Positions 56,162 through 64,000 of a stretch of 64,000 bases of DNA are shown one piece after another. The stretch covers positions 211,509-275,508 of the forward strand of contig JAJZRI010000001.1 of assembly GCA_021802765.1 (NCBI GenBank), in the 5' to 3' direction. This stretch comes from Candidatus Micrarchaeota archaeon. GTDB taxonomy: Archaea > Micrarchaeota > Micrarchaeia > Micrarchaeales > CABMGC01. The notes under the pieces were generated by a model. The model was not told where the DNA came from and did no database searches. It saw only the letters and a list, made by a program, of their open reading frames with translations. Each line of letters opens with the position of its first letter. Within the stretch, counting starts at the first letter, position 1. The position numbers and the translations under genes were made by a program.

Positions 56162-57055
56162 ATGGCAGACGCAAATGCACCGACAAAGCCAAGGCAGGTA
56201 CTGACTTCCGGAGTCAAGCCCATATGGTGCCCGGGATGCGGCGATTATGGAGTGCAGGCTGGGATAAACAAGGCGCTTGCGGATCTTGGCATAGCTAGGG
56301 AGAATGCCGTAATAGTATCCGGAATAGGATGCAGCTCTTCCATGCCACACCCATTCAGCACATACGGAGTGCACAGCCTTCACGGAAGGCTCCTTCCTGT
56401 AGCCGCTGGGATTAAGCTCGCCAATGACGATCTTACAGTGATAGGCGCTGGCGGAGATGGAGACGGCTATGGAATAGGCGTAGGCCACCTAGTCCACAAT
56501 GCAAGAAGGAACGTTGACATAACCTACATAGTAATGAATAACGAGATATACGGGCTGACGACTGGGCAGACCTCACCTACAAGTCTTTTTGGTATGAAGA
56601 CAAAGTCTACGCCTTTTGGCTCAATAGAAAATCCTGAGAACCCCATAGGTGTTGCTCTGGCATCCGGAGCGACATATGTAGCTCGGGCCTTCTCTGGAGA
56701 TCCGATGCACATGGCGGAGATGATAAAAGGAGGCATACAGCACAAAGGATTTTCGATAATAGACGTCTTTAGCCCCTGCGTCACGTTCAACAACATCAAT
56801 ACTTACGACTGGTTTAGGCAGAGGGTATACAAGCTTGAATCGGTGGGTCATGACGCCACCAGCATAAGCAGCGCCATGGAGAGATCGCTTGAGACCGAGA
56901 GGACAAACTGGGAGAAGGTGCCGATAGGCCTTTTCTACAAGGTGGAAAGGCCCACTTACGCCGCGCTTGATATGACGCTGCAGAAGGGATCGCTCCTCAA
57001 GCAGCCGATGCCGACAAAGGAGAAAGTGACGGAGATACTAAAGGAATATTTGTAA
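56162..57055 (+). CDS. korB: 2-oxoacid:ferredoxin oxidoreductase beta
   Basis: WCPGCGD, SGIGCS, LHGR, GGDGD TPP motif, YGLTTGQ.SPT, PCVTFN. Confidence 0.96.
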   Translation: MADANAPTKPRQVLTSGVKPIWCPGCGDYGVQAGINKALADLGIARENAVIVSGIGCSSSMPHPFSTYGVHSLHGRLLPVAAGIKLANDDLTVIGAGGDGDGYGIGVGHLVHNARRNVDITYIVMNNEIYGLTTGQTSPTSLFGMKTKSTPFGSIENPENPIGVALASGATYVARAFSGDPMHMAEMIKGGIQHKGFSIIDVFSPCVTFNNINTYDWFRQRVYKLESVGHDATSISSAMERSLETERTNWEKVPIGLFYKVERPTYAALDMTLQKGSLLKQPMPTKEKVTEILKEYL

Positions 57056-57076
57056 CAGCAACACCAGGTAAAATGA

Positions 57077-58126
57077 ATGGCAGGAATAGTAGGATATGGA
57101 GTATATGTGCCAATCTACAGGATAAAAGTAGAGGACATAGCAAAAGTATGGGGAGAGGACGCCGAGAGCATAAAGAAGGGACTGGGCATACGCGAGAAGA
57201 GCGTTCCTGGAAAAGATGAGGACGCAGCGACCATAGCCGTTGAAGCTGCACGCAATGCCATAAGGCATTCTGGAATAAAGGCGACTGAGCTAGGCGCGAT
57301 ATTTACCGGATCAGAATCACATCCTTATGCGGTAAAACCCACCGCAACGATAGTATCTGCGGGAATCGACGCGGGAAACAGGCTCATGGCAGCGGATCTT
57401 GAGTTCGCATGCAAGGCTGGGACGGCAGGAATGCAGATGGTCATCGGATTTGTTGAGAGCGGAATGATAAAATACGGAATGGCCATAGGATCAGACACTT
57501 CGCAGGGAAGGCCCGGGGATGCCTTGGAATACACCGCAAGCGCAGGCGGAGCAGCATTCATAATAGGAAAGGAGAAAAAGCAGGTAATAGCAGAGATACT
57601 TAAGACGGTAAGTTTTACGTCGGATACGCCAGACTTTTGGAGAAGGGAAGGCGCAGGATTTCCAAGCCACGGTGGAAGGTTCACAGGAGAGCCTGGATAC
57701 TTCAGGCACATAACAAATGCAACGAAGATGCTGCTTGAGGAGACTGGATTTAAGCCCTCGGATTTTGACTACGCAGTCTTCCATCAGCCCAATGGAAAAT
57801 TCCCGACCATGGCTGCGGCGCAGCTAGGATTCACGACAAAGCAGATAGAAAACGGGCTTCTTACTCCAATAATAGGAAATACTTACTCTGGAGCATCGAT
57901 GGTGGGCCTTGCGGCTACGCTTGACATTGCAAAGCCGGGGCAGAAGATAATGGTTACAAGCTTTGGATCAGGAGCAGGAAGCGACTCTTTTGCTATAGAG
58001 GTAACCGATAACATAGATGCAAAGAGGAAGAACCTGACAAAAATAATGGAAATGATAAATTCGCATAAGGTATACATTGATTATTCGACGTACCTCAAGA
58101 ACAGGGGTTCGATAAAGAAGGTATGA
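57077..58126 (+). CDS. mvaS: HMG-CoA synthase (archaeal type)
   Basis: [51 protein letters not shown]. Confidence 0.96.
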   Translation: MAGIVGYGVYVPIYRIKVEDIAKVWGEDAESIKKGLGIREKSVPGKDEDAATIAVEAARNAIRHSGIKATELGAIFTGSESHPYAVKPTATIVSAGIDAGNRLMAADLEFACKAGTAGMQMVIGFVESGMIKYGMAIGSDTSQGRPGDALEYTASAGGAAFIIGKEKKQVIAEILKTVSFTSDTPDFWRREGAGFPSHGGRFTGEPGYFRHITNATKMLLEETGFKPSDFDYAVFHQPNGKFPTMAAAQLGFTTKQIENGLLTPIIGNTYSGASMVGLAATLDIAKPGQKIMVTSFGSGAGSDSFAIEVTDNIDAKRKNLTKIMEMINSHKVYIDYSTYLKNRGSIKKV

Positions 58127-59292
58127 TTATGAGAGACGTGGCAATCGTAGGAGTAGGGATGTCAAAATTCGGGGAGAGATGGAGCTCCGGGCTCAAGGAC
58201 CTTATGGCAGAGGCAGGAATTGCCGCACTCGAGGACGCAAACATTTCAAGCCACGAGATAGAGATGCTTTATGGAAGCACCATGGCTTCGGGAAGATTCG
58301 TGGGTCAGGAGCATACGGCAGCGCTAATGGCGGACCAGCTCGGATTCCATAACATACCAGCCGTGAGACTGGAAAATGCATGTGCAAGCGGAGGAAGCGC
58401 CCTAAGGCAGGGATACATCGCAGTTGCAAGCGGAATACATGATATTGTAGTAGTGGGAGGAGTGGAGAAGATGACCGATGTGACCTCTGGTGAAGCATCA
58501 ACTGCGCTTGGAGGTGCCGGGGATCAGGAGTGGGAGCTCTTTCAGGGAATAACCTTCCCTGGCCTTTATGCGCTTATGGCAAAGAGGCACATGTACGAAT
58601 ATGGCACTACTGAAGAGCAGATGGCGAGCGTATCGGTAAAGAATCACGATAATGCCTCGAAGAACCAGTATGCGCAGTTCAGGAGAGCTATAACGATAGA
58701 CGATGTGATGAGGTCGAAGATGGTCTCGGATCCGCTCAAGCTTCTTGACTGCTCACCAATATCCGATGGCGCTGCAGTTGCAGTTCTTGTGCCGCTTGAG
58801 AAGGCAAAGAAGTACAATGACACGCCTATAAAGATTGTTGCAAGTGCGCAGGCCAGTGATACGCTGCGGCTTGCAGAAAGGGATAGCCTGACGGAAATAA
58901 AGGCCACAAAGATTGCTGCGCAAAATGCCTACAAGCAGGCGAAGCTGGAGGCCAAGGACATTGATGTTGTTGAGGTGCATGACTGCTTTAGCATAGCAGA
59001 GATACTTGCAATGGAGGATCTCGGATTCTACAAGAAGGGCAAGGCAGCAAAGGCAATAGCAGATGGAGAGACAACGCTAAACAGCAAGTTGTCAGTAAAC
59101 ACTAGCGGGGGACTTAAGGGCTGCGGACATCCGGTCGGTGCAACAGGTATAAAGCAAGCTGCAGAGATTGTGTGGCAGCTAAGAGGAGACGCAAAGGAGA
59201 GGCAGGTCAAGAACGCAGAAGTGGGAATGACGCATAACGTAGGTGGAAGCGGAGCTACAGCAGTAGTGCACATATACAAGAGGGCAGATTGA
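58123..59292 (+). CDS. Acetoacetyl-CoA thiolase (archaeal)
   Basis: [32 protein letters not shown]...[13 protein letters not shown]. Confidence 0.95.
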   Translation: MIMRDVAIVGVGMSKFGERWSSGLKDLMAEAGIAALEDANISSHEIEMLYGSTMASGRFVGQEHTAALMADQLGFHNIPAVRLENACASGGSALRQGYIAVASGIHDIVVVGGVEKMTDVTSGEASTALGGAGDQEWELFQGITFPGLYALMAKRHMYEYGTTEEQMASVSVKNHDNASKNQYAQFRRAITIDDVMRSKMVSDPLKLLDCSPISDGAAVAVLVPLEKAKKYNDTPIKIVASAQASDTLRLAERDSLTEIKATKIAAQNAYKQAKLEAKDIDVVEVHDCFSIAEILAMEDLGFYKKGKAAKAIADGETTLNSKLSVNTSGGLKGCGHPVGATGIKQAAEIVWQLRGDAKERQVKNAEVGMTHNVGGSGATAVVHIYKRAD

Positions 59293-59688
59293 ATGGAAAG
59301 ATCATCATCAAGCTTGTGGAGAAAGATAAGGTCGAGATACGATCTTGTCGGCAACGAATGCAAGAACTGCGGATCTAACTACTTCCCCCCTAGAGTCGTC
59401 TGCAGGAAGTGCGGAAGGAAGTCCAAGATGGTGGAGAAGAAATTCGCCGGAGACGGCGAGATATATTCGATAACCAGAATAAGAGTGCCTCCAGACACAT
59501 TCAAGGACGAGGCGCCTTACTTCATAGGCGTGATAAAGCTCAAGGAAGGACCGATGGTGGAAGGCCACGTGCTTGAAAACGGAATAGAGCCCAAGATTGG
59601 AACAAAGGTAAGGTTGCGCTTTAGGAAGATGTATGTTGAAGGAGATGAAGGCCTCATCTACTATCAATACAAGTTCGAGCCAGTATAG
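59293..59688 (+). CDS. DUF35 Zn-ribbon/OB-fold scaffold protein
   Basis: CKNCG..FPPR..C..CG, G.IYS.T, YKF; adjacent to thiolase and HMGS. Confidence 0.93.
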   Translation: MERSSSSLWRKIRSRYDLVGNECKNCGSNYFPPRVVCRKCGRKSKMVEKKFAGDGEIYSITRIRVPPDTFKDEAPYFIGVIKLKEGPMVEGHVLENGIEPKIGTKVRLRFRKMYVEGDEGLIYYQYKFEPV

Positions 59689-59689
59689 C

Positions 59690-60217
59690 TTACTTCAGAT
59701 TAAGATAGAATAATGATTCGTCGAAGTACTTTCCGCCTCTTTTGTTTGAGCGCCTAAGAAATCCGTATTGTTTGAATCCGAAGCGCTTGTAAAGAGCTAC
59801 TGCGCCGTGGTTGTTTGAGAATGCGGATAGCACTATTGTCTCGAATCTTCTGCGCGACTGCCTTATCACTTCCTTGAGCATTGCAGAGCCTATCCCATGA
59901 GACCTGTAATCCCTGTGCACCGCTATTCCCAGAAGGCCTTTGTGATCCATGCTTGAACCGGGCCGAAAACTCAGAACATCGCACATGCCGACAACCTTGC
60001 CATCCATCTGGGCGACGATGACTATTGCATTCTTTTTTCTGATGTTCTCAAGAAGCGATGCAAACCATTTGCGCTCTTGGGCAATGGTGGGCCTTTTGCG
60101 ATATAGCGAAAGGCCAATGCCTGGATTCTCCTTAAGCTCCTCATAATAGCTGAAATAAGTCTTCACTACGCCTTTGAAATCCCCTTTTCTTAGGTTTCTT
60201 ATTATGAAGGCCTTCAT
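59690..60217 (-). CDS. GNAT N-acetyltransferase
   Basis: GIAV..DYRSHGIGS, N..A..LYKRFGF. Confidence 0.9.
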   Translation of the reverse strand: MKAFIIRNLRKGDFKGVVKTYFSYYEELKENPGIGLSLYRKRPTIAQERKWFASLLENIRKKNAIVIVAQMDGKVVGMCDVLSFRPGSSMDHKGLLGIAVHRDYRSHGIGSAMLKEVIRQSRRRFETIVLSAFSNNHGAVALYKRFGFKQYGFLRRSNKRGGKYFDESLFYLNLK

Positions 60218-60312
60218 GCCATTACTGATTAATCATGGCAAATTGGATTATTATTGGTTTAGGTCATTTGGTCTGCCGTGTGTTGCGCACTTAAGCAGAC
60301 TTCGCATTTGCG

Positions 60313-60792
60313 CTATCCCTTGAGCAGCCTTATTCTGTATTCGATTACCTTCTTATTGGACTTGTCGTAGTATATGTATGCATCAAAGCGTCTTCCAGAT
60401 AGCATTAGGTTTAGCCAGTACTGGTCGTCGTCCCACATGCAGTTTTTTGGTAGTTTGCCTATGTCAAACCACTTTACTGGGCCCTCCTCGGAGGGCTTTA
60501 TCTTCCCGGAAAAGCTCTTTGTTGAGAACAAAAAGCCCTCTATTGACAGGCGTCGTTTCCCATCCATGAAGAAGTAGAGCTTGCCGTGAAAGAACGGGCG
60601 ATGCATCGTAATGCCAGTCTCTTCAAGCGTCTCCCTTATGGCGCATTGCTCCGGCGTCTCGCCCTTCTCGAATTTTCCCCCGGGGCCGTTCCACTTTCCC
60701 TTGCTTATGCCACGTGTTGCCTTCTTTAAGAGGAGCCTGTTGTTGTTTATGACATGGCAAAGAGTGGCGCGCATCACCATGTCATCCACCAA
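60313..60792 (-). CDS. NUDIX hydrolase (8-oxo-dGTPase/MTH1-like)
   Basis: RG..KGKWNGPGGK.E.GETPEQCAIRETLEETG, SEEG..WF, MWDDD.YW. Confidence 0.9.
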   Translation of the reverse strand: MVDDMVMRATLCHVINNNRLLLKKATRGISKGKWNGPGGKFEKGETPEQCAIRETLEETGITMHRPFFHGKLYFFMDGKRRLSIEGFLFSTKSFSGKIKPSEEGPVKWFDIGKLPKNCMWDDDQYWLNLMLSGRRFDAYIYYDKSNKKVIEYRIRLLKG

Positions 60793-61533
60793 TCACTTGA
60801 ATATGGAGCTTGTTATTGTGCTTGCAGCTATATCCGAAGGGTTGACTATGGTTGCCTTGCCACCGGCTATGTTTCTTAGGTGGTGCTCGACGTCCTTGGT
60901 TGCGGCTATGACAACTATCTTGCAGTTGCCTGCAACCTCTTTGGCGACAAGCAGCGCGTAGATCTCCCTTGAGCTGTCGGATATGTCTATTATTATTGCC
61001 TTTGCTTTCTTAGGTTCGAACTCGTTCATCTCCGTGCTAGACGTTGAATCTGCAACATAGGCAGTGTAGCCCATGCGCTTGAGGCTCTCCGCCCTGACAG
61101 GATCGGAAGTTATTATTATGAACTTCTCGCCCTTCTCGGTAAGTTTCTCCGCGAGGTACATGTTGGTAGTGTCCGAGCCTATGAGTATTATGTGCTTGTT
61201 TAGACGCCTCTTCTCAAAACTGCTAACCCTCCCCGCAAACATAGTTATTCTCTCATTCATGAATTCACCAGATAATGCAACAATTATACTAAAGAAAGTA
61301 CCTATACCCACCACTATCAGTACCATTACGAAAAGTTTCGCAGCCCCTGACACTGGATATATGTCACCATATCCAACCGTGGCCATGGTGACAACTGTGA
61401 AGTACGCTGCATCGAGCGGCGATATCTTTATGTTGAAGCCTCCATGCTGACCCAGCACATATGTGCCGCCGATGCCGAACGCTAACAGTAAGATGATCGA
61501 TAAGGCATATATTGTTATTTCCATTAATTGCAT
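60793..61533 (-). CDS. Potassium channel with TrkA-N/RCK domain
   Basis: YF..VT..TVGYGD selectivity filter, C-terminal RCK (HIILIG). Confidence 0.92.
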   Translation of the reverse strand: MQLMEITIYALSIILLLAFGIGGTYVLGQHGGFNIKISPLDAAYFTVVTMATVGYGDIYPVSGAAKLFVMVLIVVGIGTFFSIIVALSGEFMNERITMFAGRVSSFEKRRLNKHIILIGSDTTNMYLAEKLTEKGEKFIIITSDPVRAESLKRMGYTAYVADSTSSTEMNEFEPKKAKAIIIDISDSSREIYALLVAKEVAGNCKIVVIAATKDVEHHLRNIAGGKATIVNPSDIAASTITSSIFK

Positions 61534-61642
61534 GGGATAAACCGCGGTGGCTAATACTAAATGGGTATAAATTTATATAAATACAGCATCATGGAGGTTG
61601 TTATTTGCCTTCGAATTTTTTTGTCCATGATTTAATATTTTA

Positions 61643-62386
61643 TTGCAGCTCATAGATATTGTGGACTTTGAAAGGGACTTTGAAAGCTCTCGCTTCGAAT
61701 CTAAGCACGGCAGCATGCACTACAAGCACCATAAGGGCATTGGTGCAAAGGTGCTGTTCCTGCACGGCTTTGCCGGAAGCACAAGGAGTTGGTCCAGGCT
61801 CGTGCAGCACTTGGATGCAGAACTCGACATATACCTTCTGGACTTACTCGGACATGGAGAATCTGATGCTCCTGACGTAGACTATTCGTTTAATATGCAT
61901 TATGAAAGCGTAGGGCAATTCATAGACAGCATTGTAGGGGACAAATTCTACGTCTTTGGCCACTCATACGGGGGATGGATAGCCGCAAGGTGCGCAATGG
62001 ATATGAATGTCCTTGGACTTGTGCTTGAGGACTCGGCGGGACTAAAGGAATTCATGGAAGACAGGTTTGCCGCAAATCCAAATTATCGTGAGGAGCTAGT
62101 TGGAAGGGGCGTGCAGATAAATCCAAGAAAGAACGTGCTTGAGTCGATGGTTAACGCTGACAACCATGATGAATATCTAACGAGAGAAGGGCTTGCAGAA
62201 ATAGATGCACGTACACTGATAATATGGGGCGGCAAAGACACCACGGTCAGGCCGATTTATTCTAAGGTATTCAAGGATGCAATACATGAAAGCAACCTCG
62301 TGGTCTTGGAGTCGGAAAAGCACACGCCGCATTACAGCAACCCAGAGGCCGTAGCCAGACTCCTTGAAGGGTTCATAGTGAAATGA
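61643..62386 (+). CDS. Alpha/beta hydrolase
   Basis: FLHGF, DLLGHG.S, GHSYGG, WG..D, H. Confidence 0.9.
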   Translation: MQLIDIVDFERDFESSRFESKHGSMHYKHHKGIGAKVLFLHGFAGSTRSWSRLVQHLDAELDIYLLDLLGHGESDAPDVDYSFNMHYESVGQFIDSIVGDKFYVFGHSYGGWIAARCAMDMNVLGLVLEDSAGLKEFMEDRFAANPNYREELVGRGVQINPRKNVLESMVNADNHDEYLTREGLAEIDARTLIIWGGKDTTVRPIYSKVFKDAIHESNLVVLESEKHTPHYSNPEAVARLLEGFIVK

Positions 62387-62391
62387 TACGC

Positions 62392-62574
62392 TCAGCCGCC
62401 ATTCATAGAAATTCTGGCGGAATTTGATATGTATTGGGAGACCTGGTAGTAGGACGTCCCTATTGAACCAATTGCCATGGTAGATAAGGCATATGAGCTT
62501 AGCTGCAAGAGGCAGAATATTACTGCAAGCGATGCGATTAGGCCGTAGAACGACATTAGGATACACCAATGCAC
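62392..62574 (-). CDS. Small hydrophobic protein (possibly pilin-associated)
   Basis: Overlaps the upstream pilin-like gene; hydrophobic N-terminus. Confidence 0.45.
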   Translation of the reverse strand: MHWCILMSFYGLIASLAVIFCLLQLSSYALSTMAIGSIGTSYYQVSQYISNSARISMNGG

Positions 62575-62918
62575 AGATAATTGCCGGACATCATACCACA
62601 GTAGGTCTTAAGATATGCGCCGCTCTTGTTTGAGCCGGTCATTATCCCAATGCTCCTTATTCCGTATATCTCTTTGTAGTATTTTGAGTAATTTTGCATG
62701 CAGTAAGAGGGATCTTGGGACGTGACGCAGTTATACGTTGATGTATTCTCGAGTATCTGGTTTATGAAATCGTATGACGCGGCTGCACGTGAGGCGTTCT
62801 GGCCTGCGTGGAGAAGGTATTCCTGCATTGATGGCATGGTTCTGGCATAGAGGGAGAGGGACGATATCACTATCATTAGCGAGAGTATTGACTCGATTGT
62901 AGCAAACTGGGCCTTCAA
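62556..62918 (-). CDS. Archaeal type IV pilin-like protein (class III signal peptide)
   Basis: MKAQ/FATIE followed by a hydrophobic helix. Confidence 0.7.
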   Translation of the reverse strand: MKAQFATIESILSLMIVISSLSLYARTMPSMQEYLLHAGQNASRAAASYDFINQILENTSTYNCVTSQDPSYCMQNYSKYYKEIYGIRSIGIMTGSNKSGAYLKTYCGMMSGNYLCIGVS

Positions 62919-64000
62919 TTATACACCTTTATTATCGAACCGCGATATTCCAGGGTCTGGTTTGATCGGACATAGTATGGTGAGGTATTTGCAGTGATGT
63001 AATAATAGAATGGCGATGTTGCAGGACATTTTATTGCATTTGCAGATAAGATACATCTGGATAATGGACTCTGACTCTCCTTTGACGCATTAAGCAGCTT
63101 TGCTGAGTAATAGTCATACGAGTAAATCTCCTGCTCTATCTCTGAGGCTATGGTGGGCGAGACCGTGCTTGAGTTGTAGAACGAGAGAGTGCTAAAGAGG
63201 CTCTGGCTGGCCTGTTCGTAGTCGCTCACGTAGCTTGAATTTGGCGTGACCAGTAGGCCGTTGTAGGAGATTAGCCCTGTTGGAGGCGTCCCGGAATAAT
63301 TTATTCCTTCCACAGACGCATTTCCTACCACGGCGCTGCCAAAACTTATGGGGCTTGATGGACTCTTACTCGATATTTTGGAATTGAGGGGATATCCTAC
63401 GTTAATTGTCAAGTTTGCAGAATATGAATAGTTCTCCTGCGATGATGCGAAGACGAGCTGGTATGGTGAGGGTTCTGGGACTACGCAGTAAGTCTGCGTA
63501 AGCGAGCCCCCATTGGAAGAGCAGATGCTAGAGAAGACGCGATACTGCCATGCACTTGCCGAGCCGCATTGCGCACTTATCGGATAAGGATTATAAAAGA
63601 AGTTTTCGTAGGTGCAATGGGCAGGTTGCATAAGATAGGATATGTTCTGCAAATACTGCGAGTACGTAACAGATTCATTGCGGCCAGATAAGTATGCCGA
63701 ATACTGCGCTTGGGGAGTCTGGGGCTGGTACGCAGTTGAAAGTTCAACAGATCCGTTGTAGTATTGGCCTGCGCACCCTATCGAATAGGATAGGTTGGCA
63801 GCAGACTGACTGGATAGAGGGCTGAAGTTGTCGTAGTATATAATGGCGTTATAGAAGCTCTGCGATATGTTGTAATATGAGAAATCTATGCTGCTGGATC
63901 TTATCCTGATATCAATTGTGCCGCTGCTGCAGCCGAAGGCAGAGATTGCCAGGCGATTCGAGTAACCAGATACGGAGAGCAGGGGCATTGAGGCGTAGAG
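62915..64000 (-). CDS. Secreted Ser/Tyr/Cys-rich protein, 5' truncated (pilus-locus-associated?)
   Basis: Frame open to window end; overlaps the start of the pilin-like gene. Confidence 0.65.
   Translation of the reverse strand, partial: LYASMPLLSVSGYSNRLAISAFGCSSGTIDIRIRSSSIDFSYYNISQSFYNAIIYYDNFSPLSSQSAANLSYSIGCAGQYYNGSVELSTAYQPQTPQAQYSAYLSGRNESVTYSQYLQNISYLMQPAHCTYENFFYNPYPISAQCGSASAWQYRVFSSICSSNGGSLTQTYCVVPEPSPYQLVFASSQENYSYSANLTINVGYPLNSKISSKSPSSPISFGSAVVGNASVEGINYSGTPPTGLISYNGLLVTPNSSYVSDYEQASQSLFSTLSFYNSSTVSPTIASEIEQEIYSYDYYSAKLLNASKESQSPLSRCILSANAIKCPATSPFYYYITANTSPYYVRSNQTLEYRGSIIKVYN

Noticed and set aside
295-62569. Numerous antisense or overlapping ORFs in the track (e.g. 706-1206, 8402-9100, 29795-30364, 45575-46505)
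   Set aside because: Shadows of well-supported genes on the opposite strand, with no motifs.
1-64000. CRISPR array, cas genes, rRNA, intact IS transposase
   Set aside because: No regularly spaced repeats, cas motifs, rRNA-like tracts or DDE/TnpB ORFs seen by eye.

Overview
Gene-dense archaeal chromosome segment. It encodes archaeal-type PCNA, Nop5, Trm1, DtdA, Rpp21, eukaryote/archaea-type GlyRS, aIF1/SUI1 and the L3-L4-L23-L2-S19-L22-S3-L29 cluster. The small, compact genes, the long Lrp-like regulator and the truncated Nop5 suggest a DPANN/Micrarchaeota-like organism (inference). Main accessory feature: a ~9.0 kb element integrated in tRNA-Asn(GTT), bounded by an identical 59-bp repeat (34541-34599 / 43538-43596). 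Its tyrosine integrase gene is split by the att site (SSV1-type) and would be re-fused in frame on excision. The element carries a hairpin-rich non-coding region, an uncharacterised operon of four small genes plus an ATPase-nuclease, and a defence cassette (Schlafen/AlbA_2 protein, PD-(D/E)XK protein, Vsr, Eco47II-family REase, C5 MTase). Next to it lies a partly decayed stress/transport island (DUF488, ArsB/NhaD-like transporter, P3A-type H+-ATPase, TDT and FmdE pseudogenes, ArsR, DsrE). Also notable: two divergently transcribed HMG-CoA reductase paralogs (one atypical) heading a 2-oxoacid:ferredoxin oxidoreductase/HMGS/thiolase/DUF35 cluster, and a NUDIX fused to a uracil-DNA glycosylase lacking the Fe-S cysteines. 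All family assignments come from motifs recognised by eye; no database search was run.
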